Shown piece after piece: positions 1 to 9,526 of a stretch of DNA of 64,000 bases; the stretch's first letter is position 1; each line of letters opens with the position of its first letter. The notes beneath the pieces were generated by a model. The model saw only the letters and a list, made by a program, of their open reading frames with translations. It made no database searches and had not been told where the DNA came from. The stretch comes from Hyphomicrobiales bacterium. Lineage in GTDB: Bacteria; Pseudomonadota; Alphaproteobacteria; Rhizobiales; NORP267. The stretch is taken from contig JAUYJB010000070.1 of NCBI GenBank assembly GCA_030688605.1, forward strand, positions 18,652-82,651, given 5' to 3'. The position numbers and the translations under genes were made by a program.

Positions 1-181
1 CCAGCGTCACGTCGATTGCCGCGGTCCCGGCGAGGTATCGGGCGACCGTGGCGCCGCCGATGCCGCCGCCGATCACGACCACCCGGGGTTTGCCCTGGGC
101 GCGCGCAATCCGCGGTGCAAGGGGGGCCAACAACGCCGCCCCTGTCAGGCTGCTGAACTGCCGACGCGTCAAGACGGTCAT
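1..181 (-). CDS. fccB: Flavocytochrome c sulfide dehydrogenase flavoprotein subunit (FccB/SoxF-like), 5' part only
   Basis: Manual translation MTVLTRRQFSSLTGAALLAPLAPRIARAQGKPRVVVIGGGIGGATVARYL: Tat signal (TRRQF) followed by a GxGxxG FAD motif; lies directly after a c-type cytochrome and soxYZ. Confidence 0.85.
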   Translation of the reverse strand, partial: MTVLTRRQFSSLTGAALLAPLAPRIARAQGKPRVVVIGGGIGGATVARYLAGTAAIDVTL

Positions 182-510
182 GGCAGGGTCGCGTCCTTTC
201 CAAGCGCTGCGAGATAGCGTGCCACGCTGGTAAGCTCCGCCTCGGTCAGCCCTAAAGCGACGGCGTGCATGACGTGGCTCGGTTGCTCGTTCGCGCGATA
301 GGCCCGTACTGCCTTGATAATTTTCTCCTCATCCAAGCCAGCGATAGCGGGAATTCCCCGGTCGCTGCCGCTTGGGCCATGACAGGACGCGCACATCGCA
401 GCGATCTGGGGGCCCTGGCCGTCATCAGCCCCCGCGCCTGCGTGGCTGGCGAGAAGGACCAAGCCTGCGGCAATCGGACGTGCGAAGAGCAGCAGCGTTC
501 GAGACCCCAT
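178..510 (-). CDS. Monoheme c-type cytochrome (FccA/SoxE-like)
   Basis: Signal peptide, CASCH heme motif, distal Met (SHVMH); start set at ATG 510. Confidence 0.85.
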   Translation of the reverse strand: MGSRTLLLFARPIAAGLVLLASHAGAGADDGQGPQIAAMCASCHGPSGSDRGIPAIAGLDEEKIIKAVRAYRANEQPSHVMHAVALGLTEAELTSVARYLAALGKDATLP

Positions 511-556
511 TCCCTCGCGGAAACGCGCGCTCTTGCCTTTCGGTTGCCAGGGCATC

Positions 557-883
557 TCAAGTGACAATGAGTTCGTGCACCAAGGAATAGACGGCACCGC
601 CATCTTCTTCCCAGATGAACTCCAGCCGCCCGCTTTCCGTCGCCAGCAGGTGGAATTCGAAGAAGGGATTGGCCGAAACCGCCTCGTGCAGGTCGACGCC
701 GAACACCTCGACGCCGCCATAGCGGCAGATAAACCTGTTGATGATCTTACGCGGAATCACCTCGCCACGCTCATCCAGCCGCAGCCCCGTCTCCATCTGA
801 TGACTGATGATGGTCCTGACGGAAAAGATTTCGCCTTCCGCGGCAGAGCTTGGAACGATCACGCGCGGTGTGGGGGTGGTCAC
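557..883 (-). CDS. soxZ: Sulfur carrier protein SoxZ
   Basis: HQMETGLR...IPRKII...SANPFFEF motifs. Confidence 0.92.
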   Translation of the reverse strand: MTTPTPRVIVPSSAAEGEIFSVRTIISHQMETGLRLDERGEVIPRKIINRFICRYGGVEVFGVDLHEAVSANPFFEFHLLATESGRLEFIWEEDGGAVYSLVHELIVT

Positions 884-904
884 ATTCCGCCTCCCTCACG
901 GATG

Positions 905-1357
905 TCAGGCGCAGCCATTGGTGGCGACATGGACCCAGGTCCTGGCCATCAGCAAATTGCCGTCATTCATCTCGGCCACGGCAACGACATATTGCGGCTC
1001 GGCAAGGCGGATGCGCGTCGAAACGCGGGCGACGCCACGCCGCGGGACGAAACGAAAACTGACGACTTCGACGATCGGGTTCTTGGGCGCGAAGACGTGG
1101 ACCTGCCTCACATGGTCGGCCTCGGTCATCGGGCTGTCGACGCTGAGCTCCATGGGCACGGTATAGCCTGTCGGGAACTCCGCCGGCATCGCGAGGTGCA
1201 CGCGATCGGATTCCACCGCCGGCCGTCCCATCAGCTGCTTGACGAGTTCCAGAGTGTCGTCCTGGCTGCGGGCACGCTGCGGCAAGAGCATGGCACTCGC
1301 AAACGCGGCACCCCCGACAGAGCCGGCCACCAACAGATCACGGCGCGTCAAGCCCAT
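905..1357 (-). CDS. soxY: Sulfur carrier protein SoxY (Tat-exported)
   Basis: TRRDLL Tat motif; STRIRLAEPQYVVAVAE; C-terminal VATNGCA with a carrier Cys. Confidence 0.9.
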   Translation of the reverse strand: MGLTRRDLLVAGSVGGAAFASAMLLPQRARSQDDTLELVKQLMGRPAVESDRVHLAMPAEFPTGYTVPMELSVDSPMTEADHVRQVHVFAPKNPIVEVVSFRFVPRRGVARVSTRIRLAEPQYVVAVAEMNDGNLLMARTWVHVATNGCA

Positions 1358-1620
1358 CGACCCCAATCTCCCCGGCTAATCCAACCTAATCCAGTCACGC
1401 CATGAAGAGGTTACACGTCGGCCTTCGCCGCGTAAAGAATTCCTCTCTCTCGCTTCATTAGCTCTCATTGCGTTATCGTGCGGCGGCCACGCCTAAACGT
1501 GATGACGCCAAGTGGTGAGCGAAATTCATCAGGCCGACACGTCCCACCCTTGCGGAGTTGGGCGCCGAGGTCTTTCCTGTTGATGTTGTTTCGCTCGAGG
1601 CAATGGAAGCCGACAAAGAC

Positions 1621-1660
1621 GGCCCGGCGGGCCGCCGGATATCCGGCGGCCCGCCGGGCC
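1621..1660. repeat. Perfect 40-bp palindrome, possible terminator or cruciform
   Basis: GGCCCGGCGGGCCGCCGGAT|ATCCGGCGGCCCGCCGGGCC is its own reverse complement. Confidence 0.9.
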
Positions 1661-1700
1661 GATCGCGGATCAGTCGATCAGCATTGGACTGAGCGGGAGA

Positions 1701-1880
1701 CTAGTTGCTCTTCTGCTGGCTCGAGCCCGTCTCGTTCGCGGGCTTCGCCGAGCCATCTGGATCCGCCAGCGACATGTGCCGGTCATCCAGATAGGCGAAG
1801 GTCGGGGCTGCTTCGAGCTCCTCCCTTGATGCATTCAAAACGATGATCATGTTGCTGTGATCAGCGTCCTCCTCTGCGGC
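1701..1880 (-). pseudogene. C-terminal remnant of a PRC-barrel protein
   Basis: AEEDADHSNMIIVLNASREELEAAPTF aligns by eye with AEDDADHSKMIIVLNVTQEELAAAPAF of the protein at 19960-20739; 5' part replaced by IS3 DNA. Confidence 0.8.
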
Positions 1881-1884
1881 CACG

Positions 1885-2167
1885 GTCCGCAGGCGCTGCA
1901 TGAACCACACCTTCGCCGAGCAGCTTGGGTGGTCGCTGAAGCACGAAGCGGTCTACCTTGTCGATTGAGCGGGTGCTTTCATGACCGCCGCGTCATCAAG
2001 AACCGGATCGCGTTCTGCAATACCATGCGTCTGCATTCCGCGCTTGGCGGCAGGACGCCGGAGGAAGCACACTTGCTAACAGAGCAGGAGTTCATTGTGG
2101 CGTCGTCAATAAATCCGATACACCTTAGCAGGGTCGCCAAAATCTCCAAAAAGATGGGAACGCTTCA
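1885..2167 (+). mobile_element. Degenerate IS3-family transposase 3' end with right terminal repeat
   Basis: RRCMNHTFAEQLGWSLKHEAVYL...RLHSALGGRTPEEA resembles the IS3 FIERLWRSLKYExVYL...RPHSALGGRTP motif; stop and frameshift inside; ends ...CACCTTAGCAGGGTCGCCAAAATCTCCAAAAAGATGGGAACGCTTCA. Confidence 0.8.
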
Positions 2168-2177
2168 GGAAAACGTC

Positions 2178-2456
2178 TCAACCTAACAACCAGGGCCGCC
2201 TCAGCTCGTGCGCGAGTTTGGGTAAGTAGTCATCAATCAGCAATCGCACGACGTTGGCCGTGCCAAATTTGCCCTCATTATCGAAATCGAAAGCCATCAG
2301 CTCTAGCCGTTCGCACTCCTGTTTGATCTGCATGTCCACTATTTGACAATGATCGATGTGTGGTTTGGTCCTCTTATGTCGCGCTAGTTGCTCTCGAAGG
2401 CGCTGTTCAATTTGCGAGCGCAACGCCGCGATTTTATCGTCGCTATTGTCTGGCAT
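2178..2456 (-). CDS. Hypothetical protein (92 aa)
   Basis: ATG 2456 with purine-rich upstream sequence; helical, charged composition; no recognised motif. Confidence 0.5.
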   Translation of the reverse strand: MPDNSDDKIAALRSQIEQRLREQLARHKRTKPHIDHCQIVDMQIKQECERLELMAFDFDNEGKFGTANVVRLLIDDYLPKLAHELRRPWLLG

Positions 2457-2614
2457 CTCACCAGTCCCCTGCCGGCTACGGCGGCGCGGCCGGAGCATCG
2501 GCCTAACCGGAAAAACCAATCCATCTGAGACATCGAGCCCGGAGTGCGGAAGTGGTGCAGGCCACGCGGGGAGGGGGATGCGGCCTGCACCGGTCATTCG
2601 AGGTTGTGAGCTCT

Positions 2615-2974
2615 TTACTGGGCCGTCACCTCGGGCAGCTGCGACGCCTCTTCCGCGGTCAATGACAGCTCGACGCGATTGTCCATCTGTTTGAACTGGT
2701 CGGCACTGATTTCGACGGTCCGCTGACCGATGCCAAGGAAACCGCCGATATCGATCTGAATGGATCCGGCGTTGGCTTCGGCCTTGGCCACGGTGCCAAG
2801 CCTCTGACCGTCGGAGCTGTAGACCTCCAGGCCTGTGAGGTCGCCCATGGGGGCGGCCTGCTCGGAGGCGGCCGGCGGTTGCTGGGGACTCTCAGACGGT
2901 GTCTGCTGTGCAAACGCTGGAGCAGCCGAAAGCGCGAACGCCAGGGCGCCCAGGGTCACGAAATGTTTCCACAT
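2615..2974 (-). CDS. Secreted PRC-barrel domain protein
   Basis: Signal peptide; LTGLEVYSSDGQRLGTV...IDIGGFLGIGQRTVEI PRC pattern; strong RBS. Confidence 0.88.
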   Translation of the reverse strand: MWKHFVTLGALAFALSAAPAFAQQTPSESPQQPPAASEQAAPMGDLTGLEVYSSDGQRLGTVAKAEANAGSIQIDIGGFLGIGQRTVEISADQFKQMDNRVELSLTAEEASQLPEVTAQ

Positions 2975-3025
2975 AGCTTCTTCCTTTCCTCGCTTGTCTA
3001 GGTGTTGCCCCTGGACGCATCTCTA

Positions 3026-3050
3026 AACCCGCGAATCGGGAAATGGTTCC
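3026..3050 (-). promoter_or_regulatory. EcfG-type promoter GGAAC-N16-GGTT
   Basis: About 50 bp upstream of the PRC gene start at 2974. Confidence 0.6.
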
Positions 3051-3115
3051 CTGGCAGGATGGAATTATCATTAACGCACGGCCTTCGGTTTCGGTCACGC
3101 CAAGCGCCTCTCGTC

Positions 3116-3502
3116 TCAGCTACTGTTACTGGCTTCCGCCAAATGGTCGATTTCGGCAAGATCCTCGGACGAAAGCGCCCAGCCGACCGCCATTGCGTTG
3201 GCTTCAAGCTGCTCCGGTGAACTCGCGCCGGCAATGACGCTGGCCACCGGCTTGCGCGCGAGAAGCCAGGAAATGGAAAGATCGAGCAGGCTGTGGCCGC
3301 GTGCGGCGGCGAAGGTCCGGTAGCGCTCCGCCAGTTCGAAATTGCGGTCGGTCATGAACATGTCCGCGAGCGGCTTCGTCTTGGCAAGCCGTGATCCCTC
3401 GGGGACCGGTGCACCCCGCGCAAGACGCCCACCGAAATTGTTGCAGCCAAGCCCCAGAACGGAGACCTTTAGGTCGGACCGGCCGACCGAACGCATGCCC
3501 AT
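3116..3502 (-). pseudogene. Aldo/keto reductase with a large in-frame internal deletion
   Basis: AKR N-terminus (GRSDLKVSVLGLGCNNFGGRL) joined directly to AKR C-terminus (RGAPVPEGSRL...LSISWLLARKPVASVIAGASSPEQLEAN); 128 aa against roughly 300+ aa for the family. Confidence 0.82.
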
Positions 3503-3695
3503 GCCTCGGCCTTACTCGCGTTTCCCTGCTACCGTCGCCTATGTGACAGCGCCCGAGCGGACTTCACCGAAGGATGCTGCCGCTTCTAAAGGGCCGAGCC
3601 TTTCAAGCGCGTCAATCGACGCGCATAATACTGCCCCAACGGAAAAGGGGCCGGCCTCCGATCTTGCGGCGCCGGTCCTAACGGGGAGGCGCGGC

Positions 3696-5360
3696 ATGCG
3701 GGAACATGATCCGCACTATCTGTTCTGCGCTCCGCTGGCGCGCCCGGAGGAAAAAGGCGGCGCCCCGCCGCGCCATCGGAGGAGGGTCGAAGACGGCGTT
3801 CTGATCGAAAACGACGTTGCCATCCAGCTGCGCGACGGTGTGACCGTCTATGCCGACATCTATCGGCCGGCGGACGAGTCACGGGCGCCGCCGATAATCG
3901 CCTGGGGACCGTACGGCAAGCACGGCCACACCCGCTACAGCCGAAACTTCCCGAGGGCCGATGTCAATGACGAGCATCTGTCGCGCTATACCGCGTTCGA
4001 GGCGCCTGACCCGTTCTATTGGGTGCGGCGCGACTATGTGGTCATCAATGTCGATCCGCGCGGCACTTGGTATTCAGAAGGCGATGCCACCTATCTGTCG
4101 CCTGAAGAGGCGCAGGACTTTTACGACGTCATCGAATGGGCCGGCACGCAGCCCTGGTCGAACGGCAAGGTCGGGCTTTCCGGCGTCTCCTACCTCACCT
4201 CCTCGCAGTGGCGGGTTGCCGAACTCAACCCGCCGCACCTGGCGGCCATCAATCCCTGGGAGGGCTGGACCGACACCTACCGCAAGGTCGCCCGCCACGG
4301 CGGCATCCCGGAAACCTCGTTCTGGCCGTATCTGCCGGGGCGCTGGGGACATGGCGTCAACCGGGTGGAGGATCTGCGCCGGGAAACGGCGGAGCACCCC
4401 TTCTACGACGATTTCTGGAGGTCGAAGACGGCGGACTTTTCGAAAGTCGCCGTGCCGGCCTTCGTCGTGGCGAGCTGGACTGACCAGGCGCTGCACACGC
4501 GCGGCACGCTCGAGGGATTCAAGCATATCCGATCTGAGCAGAAATGGCTCGAGGTGCATGGCCGCAAGAAATGGGCGCACTACTATGACCCTGAAAGCGT
4601 CCGCCGCCAGCAGGTCTTCTTCGACCATTTCCTGAAAGGGATCGACAATGAGATCGCCGACTGGCCGCGCGTGCGGCTGGAGGTGCGCCGGCGCTACTAC
4701 GTCGGCGACTTTCGCGCCGAGGCCGAATGGCCGATCGCGCGCGGCGACTATACGGCCCTCTATCTCGATGCCGGATCGGGGCGGATGACGCACGAAGCTG
4801 TCGGCGCCGAAAGCCGTGTCGACTACGACGCGACGAAACGCGGGGAGCATGCGGGCCGCGCCGTCTTCGATATTGCCTTCGACCAGCCGACCGAACTTGT
4901 CGGCCACATGAAGCTGAAACTGTGGGTCACGACCGACAGGGGCGACGACATGGATCTCTTCGTCGCAATCCAGAAACTGGATGCAAGCGGCGCCGTCGTG
5001 CCCTTTGCCTACTACGCCCAGTTCGAGGACGGGCCGGTGGCGCTCGGCTGGCTTCGCGTCTCGCACCGCGAGCTCGACCCCGCGCTCTCGACGCCGTTCC
5101 AGCCGGTGCTCAGGCACCAGCGCGAGCTGAAGATAGCGCCCGGCGAAATCGTGCCGCTGGAGATCGAAATCTGGCCGTCGGGGACCCGGTTCGATGCCGG
5201 CGAAAGCCTGCGCCTCGTCGTCCAGGGCTCGGACATCTACGATTACCCGAAGCCGAGCGTCTATGCCCGCCACGAGGACCTGCTGAATGAAGGCGAGCAT
5301 GTCATCCACACGGGCGGAAAATACGATTCCCATCTGCTCGTGCCGGTGATCCCGGATTGA
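3696..5360 (+). CDS. CocE/NonD family hydrolase (X-Pro dipeptidyl-peptidase-like)
   Basis: LRDGVTVYADIYRP; DPRGTWYSEG; WSNGKVGLSGVSY (Gx-S-Y nucleophile); C-terminal galactose-binding-like domain; GGGAGG RBS before ATG 3696. Confidence 0.9.
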   Translation: MREHDPHYLFCAPLARPEEKGGAPPRHRRRVEDGVLIENDVAIQLRDGVTVYADIYRPADESRAPPIIAWGPYGKHGHTRYSRNFPRADVNDEHLSRYTAFEAPDPFYWVRRDYVVINVDPRGTWYSEGDATYLSPEEAQDFYDVIEWAGTQPWSNGKVGLSGVSYLTSSQWRVAELNPPHLAAINPWEGWTDTYRKVARHGGIPETSFWPYLPGRWGHGVNRVEDLRRETAEHPFYDDFWRSKTADFSKVAVPAFVVASWTDQALHTRGTLEGFKHIRSEQKWLEVHGRKKWAHYYDPESVRRQQVFFDHFLKGIDNEIADWPRVRLEVRRRYYVGDFRAEAEWPIARGDYTALYLDAGSGRMTHEAVGAESRVDYDATKRGEHAGRAVFDIAFDQPTELVGHMKLKLWVTTDRGDDMDLFVAIQKLDASGAVVPFAYYAQFEDGPVALGWLRVSHRELDPALSTPFQPVLRHQRELKIAPGEIVPLEIEIWPSGTRFDAGESLRLVVQGSDIYDYPKPSVYARHEDLLNEGEHVIHTGGKYDSHLLVPVIPD

Positions 5361-5827
5361 CTGCGGCGATGCGACCGCCCCGACGCGGGCTGGCCGGCAA
5401 ATGGTGGCGAAGCCTAGCGGCGCACGAAGCCGCCGTGCAAGAAGCCTACGACATCCTCGCCTCGCTCCGGCTCGCTGACGACTGTTCGCGGGAGACCCAC
5501 ATGCTCGCCTACGGCCAGCAGCGGCTTCTGGAGATCGCGCTGGCTCTGGCGACCCGCCCCAGCGTGCTGCTGCTCGACGAACCGGCCGCCGGCATTCCCC
5601 GCGGCGAGAGCGCCGAGCTTCTTAGCGCCATCGCCAACCTGTCGGAGGACATCACGGTGCTTTTCATCGAGCACGACATGAACCTTGTCTTCCGCTTCGC
5701 AACCCGCATCGTCGTGCTCGTCGGCGGCAGCATCCTGACGGAAGGCACGCCCGAAGAAATCGCCGCCGACGCCCGCGTCCGCGACGTCTATCTCGTCGGC
5801 GCGCATCGGGGGACGGCGCATGGCTGA
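5357..5827 (+). pseudogene. N-terminally truncated LivG-type ABC ATPase
   Basis: Has LAYGQQRLLEIA, LLLDEPAAG and EHDM but no Walker A; begins immediately after the cocE stop. Confidence 0.8.
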
Positions 5828-6539
5828 GCCCCTGCTCCAGCTTTCCGGGATCCGCGCCGGCTACGGCGAGGCCGTCGTGCTCGACGGCATCTCGCTTGCC
5901 GTGCCGGAAGGCGGCAGTCTTGCGATCCTCGGCCGCAACGGCGTCGGCAAGTCGACCCTGCTTCTCACCATCATGGGCTATACCCAGCTCATCCGCGGCA
6001 GCGTGACCTTGCGCGGCCGCGACATCACCAAGAGCCCCCCGCACCGGCGCGCCCGCGCCGGCCTTGGCTGGATCCCGCAGGAACGCGACGTCTTCGCCTC
6101 GCTCACCGTCCATGAAAACTTGACGGTCGCCGCCAGGCCTGGACGCTGGACGCTTGCCGGCGTCTACGATCTCTTTCCGCGGCTTGCCGAGCGGCGTGAG
6201 CAGAAGGGCAACCATCTTTCGGGGGGCGAGCAGCAGATGCTCGCGATCGCCCGCACGCTGATGACCAATCCCGATCTGCTTCTCCTCGACGAGCCGCTTG
6301 AAGGACTGGCGCCGATCGTCGTGGAAGAACTCGCCCGCGCCATTGGCCGGATGGCCGCGGAGGACAGCATGGCGCTGATCCTGGTGGAGCAGCTCGCCGC
6401 GATCGCGCTCAGCCTGACCCACGAGGCGATTGTCATCGAACGCGGGGTAATCACCCATCAGGGAGCCTCGGCCCGGCTTCTGGGCGACACCGAGCTTCTC
6501 GATCGTCTCATCGGCGTCAATCTTACCGAGGCTGAATGA
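5820..6539 (+). CDS. livF: LivF-type branched-chain amino acid ABC ATPase
   Basis: GRNGVGKST Walker A; LSGGEQQ signature; LLLDEP. Confidence 0.9.
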   Translation: MAEPLLQLSGIRAGYGEAVVLDGISLAVPEGGSLAILGRNGVGKSTLLLTIMGYTQLIRGSVTLRGRDITKSPPHRRARAGLGWIPQERDVFASLTVHENLTVAARPGRWTLAGVYDLFPRLAERREQKGNHLSGGEQQMLAIARTLMTNPDLLLLDEPLEGLAPIVVEELARAIGRMAAEDSMALILVEQLAAIALSLTHEAIVIERGVITHQGASARLLGDTELLDRLIGVNLTEAE

Positions 6540-6642
6540 CCGGCCGATCTTGGGTTTGCGATGGACCTTGATTGACTCAATCGACTGAGTGCTACCGGAA
6601 CGTTCCCGGCGGCGGTCCGCGATTGAGTTTGAGGTTATTTTG

Positions 6643-6660
6643 AGCTTAAACTTTTAAGCT
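6643..6660. promoter_or_regulatory. Palindromic operator, probable MarR-family site
   Basis: AGCTTAAA-CT-TTTAAGCT, 60 bp upstream of an operon that encodes a MarR regulator. Confidence 0.65.
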
Positions 6661-6720
6661 TGAAATATTTCGTCCGCTTGCCCTATCCTACGAGCAGCGA
6701 TCCACAATCGGGATACGGAC

Positions 6721-9009
6721 ATGCGCATTGTTTGCCTCGGGGGCGGGCCGGCGGGGCTCTATTTCGCGATCAGCATGAAACTGCGCGATGCGAGCTACAA
6801 GATCACCGTGATCGAACGCAACAGGGCAGACGACACGTTCGGCTGGGGCGTGGTCCTGTCCGACGACACGCTCGACAATCTCGCCGCCAACGACGCACAC
6901 AGCGCTGGGGCGATTCGCGCCCATTTCGCCTACTGGGACGATATCGCCGTCTATTACCGGGGCACCAGGACCGTTTCGACCGGCCATGGATTTTGCGGGA
7001 TTGGCCGCAAGCAACTGCTCATCCTCCTGCAACGGCGGGCCCGCGAACTGGGCGTCGAGCTCATCTTCGAGACCGAAATCGGGTCGAGCAGCGACTATGC
7101 GGGTTACGACCTGATCGTCGTGGCCGACGGGATCAACTCGAAAGTCCGCGCCGAGCACGCAAGGGTCTTCAAGCCGAGCATCGATGTGCGGGCCTGCAAA
7201 TTCGTTTGGCTCGGCACGCATCAGAAATTCGATGACGCCTTCACCTTCATCTTCGTCGAGACCGAACATGGCTGGGTCTGGGCGCACGCCTATCAGTTCG
7301 AAGCCGACACCGCGACCTTCATCGTCGAATGCTCCGAGGAGACGTTCCAGAAGTTCGGCTTCGGCGAGATGAGCCAGCGGGAGTCGATCAAGGTCTGCGA
7401 GCGGATCTTCAACGCCTATCTGGGCGGCCATTCCCTGATGACCAACGCGCGGCATCTCCGGGGCTCGGCCTGGCTCAATTTCAACCGCGTGCTGTGCGAA
7501 AAATGGTCGACCGAGAACATCGTGCTGATGGGGGACGCGGCGGCGACGGCACATTTTTCGATCGGCTCCGGCACCAAGCTGGCCATGGAAAGCGCGATCG
7601 CGCTGGCCGAGTATCTGCAGAGCGAACCGTCCCTGCAGGCGGCATTCAGTCGCTATGAGGAAGAGCGGCGTCTGGAAGTGCTGCGGCTGCAGTCGGCGGC
7701 GCGCAATTCGCTCGATTGGTTCGAGCATATCGAGCGCTATCTCGGCCTCGACCCCGTCCAGTTCACCTATTCCCTGCTGACCCGCTCACAGCGCATCAGC
7801 CACGAGAATCTCAGGCTCAGGGACAAGGCATGGCTTGAAGACGCGGAACGCTGGTTCCTGGCGCGGGCCGGCGCGGTCTCCGACAAGCCGCGTGCGCCCA
7901 TGTTCGCGCCGTTCCGTCTTCGCGGGCTGACGCTGGCCAACCGGATCGTCGTCTCGCCCATGGACCAATATATGGCCGTCGACGGCTGCCCCACCGATTG
8001 GCACTTCGTCCATTACGGCGAGCGCGCCAAGGGCGGCGCCGGCATCGTCTATACTGAGATGACCTGCGTCTCGCCGCAAGGGCGGATTTCGCCCGGATGC
8101 ACCGGGATGTACGCCTCCGAGCACGAAGCGGCCTGGACGCGGATCGTCGATTTCGTCCATCGCGAAACCGGGGCCAAGATCGCCATCCAGCTCGGCCATT
8201 CCGGACCGAAAGGCTCGACCCAGCTTGGCTGGGAAGAGGCTGATGCGCCGCTTAAGCAGGGCAATTGGGAGGTGATGGGGCCGTCGCCGGTTCCCTGGTC
8301 GAACGCAAATCAGGTCCCGCGCGAGATGAGCCGCGCCGACATGGAGATCGTCCGGGACCAGTTCGTGGCCTCCGCACAGATGGCCGTGCGCTGCGGATTC
8401 GACCTTGTGGAGCTGCATTGCGCCCATGGCTATCTCCTGTCGGCCTTCATCACGCCATTGACCAATCGGCGCACGGACCGATATGGCGGCACGCTCAAGA
8501 ACCGGATGCGGTTTCCGCTCGAGGTTTTCGAAGCCGTCCGCGCGGTCTGGCCCGAAGACAAGCCGATCTCGGTGCGCATTTCCGCCAATGACTGGGTCGG
8601 CGAGGAGGGCATCACACCGGTCGAGGCGGTCGAGATCGCACGCATGTTTGGCGAGGCCGGCGTCGATATCATAGATGTTTCCGCCGGTCAGACCTCGATC
8701 AGGGCACAGCCCGTTTACGGGCGGATGTTCCAGACCCCGTTTTCCGACCGGATCCGCAACGAGGCCAAGATGGCAACCATGGCGGTCGGCAACATCTACG
8801 AGCCCGATCACGTCAACTCGATCCTCATGGCAGGCCGCGCCGACCTCTGCTGCCTGGCGCGCGCCCATCTCGCCAACCCGTATTGGACGCTTCATGCGGC
8901 GACCGCGCTTCGCGACGTCAGGACCGAATGGCCAAAGCCCTATTACGCCGGGCGCGATCAGCTTCGCCGATTGGCGGAACGGGGAGAGGCCCTGACCCTG
9001 CACGTGTGA
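6721..9009 (+). CDS. abmA: Bifunctional 2-aminobenzoyl-CoA/salicylyl-CoA monooxygenase-reductase
   Basis: N-terminal GGGPAG FAD monooxygenase with [18 protein letters not shown]; C-terminal old-yellow-enzyme domain ([10 protein letters not shown]); 762 aa. Confidence 0.88.
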   Translation: MRIVCLGGGPAGLYFAISMKLRDASYKITVIERNRADDTFGWGVVLSDDTLDNLAANDAHSAGAIRAHFAYWDDIAVYYRGTRTVSTGHGFCGIGRKQLLILLQRRARELGVELIFETEIGSSSDYAGYDLIVVADGINSKVRAEHARVFKPSIDVRACKFVWLGTHQKFDDAFTFIFVETEHGWVWAHAYQFEADTATFIVECSEETFQKFGFGEMSQRESIKVCERIFNAYLGGHSLMTNARHLRGSAWLNFNRVLCEKWSTENIVLMGDAAATAHFSIGSGTKLAMESAIALAEYLQSEPSLQAAFSRYEEERRLEVLRLQSAARNSLDWFEHIERYLGLDPVQFTYSLLTRSQRISHENLRLRDKAWLEDAERWFLARAGAVSDKPRAPMFAPFRLRGLTLANRIVVSPMDQYMAVDGCPTDWHFVHYGERAKGGAGIVYTEMTCVSPQGRISPGCTGMYASEHEAAWTRIVDFVHRETGAKIAIQLGHSGPKGSTQLGWEEADAPLKQGNWEVMGPSPVPWSNANQVPREMSRADMEIVRDQFVASAQMAVRCGFDLVELHCAHGYLLSAFITPLTNRRTDRYGGTLKNRMRFPLEVFEAVRAVWPEDKPISVRISANDWVGEEGITPVEAVEIARMFGEAGVDIIDVSAGQTSIRAQPVYGRMFQTPFSDRIRNEAKMATMAVGNIYEPDHVNSILMAGRADLCCLARAHLANPYWTLHAATALRDVRTEWPKPYYAGRDQLRRLAERGEALTLHV

Positions 9010-9013
9010 GACC

Positions 9014-9481
9014 ATGAAGCGAAAATCCCATGGCGGCTCCCGCCCGCTCAGCAAGCAGCGCCTGCGGCTATGGATACGGTTGCTGCGAACGACGCGCTAT
9101 CTGGAAGCCGAAGTCCGCGAGCGCCTGAGGTGCGAGTTTGGTACCACCCTGCCCCGTTTCGATGTGCTGGCCGGGCTCTATCGCTCTGAAGGCGGGTTGA
9201 CCATGACGCACCTTTCGCGCGCGTTGATGGTCTCGAACGGCAATGTGACGGGGATCGTCGAGCGGCTGGTCTTGGACGGCCTGATCGTTCGCGTGCCGAT
9301 CGAAAATGACCGCCGCGCCACCCGCGTCTCTCTGACCGAGAGGGGACGAAAGAAATTCGCCGAAATGGCCGCCGCCCATGAGGACTGGATCAACGAACTG
9401 CTTGGCTCCCTTGGACGAGATGATGCCGACGAATTGCTTGATCTGGTTGGCCAGGTCGCGCCCCATCAGGGATGGCATTGA
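9014..9481 (+). CDS. MarR-family transcriptional regulator
   Basis: LPRFDVLAGL...LSRALMVSNGNVTGIVERLVLDGLI...DRRA winged-helix pattern. Confidence 0.92.
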   Translation: MKRKSHGGSRPLSKQRLRLWIRLLRTTRYLEAEVRERLRCEFGTTLPRFDVLAGLYRSEGGLTMTHLSRALMVSNGNVTGIVERLVLDGLIVRVPIENDRRATRVSLTERGRKKFAEMAAAHEDWINELLGSLGRDDADELLDLVGQVAPHQGWH

Positions 9482-9526
9482 CCGGGACGCAAAACTGCAA
9501 CACGCTGGCAGAGCACGGAGGTGCAT

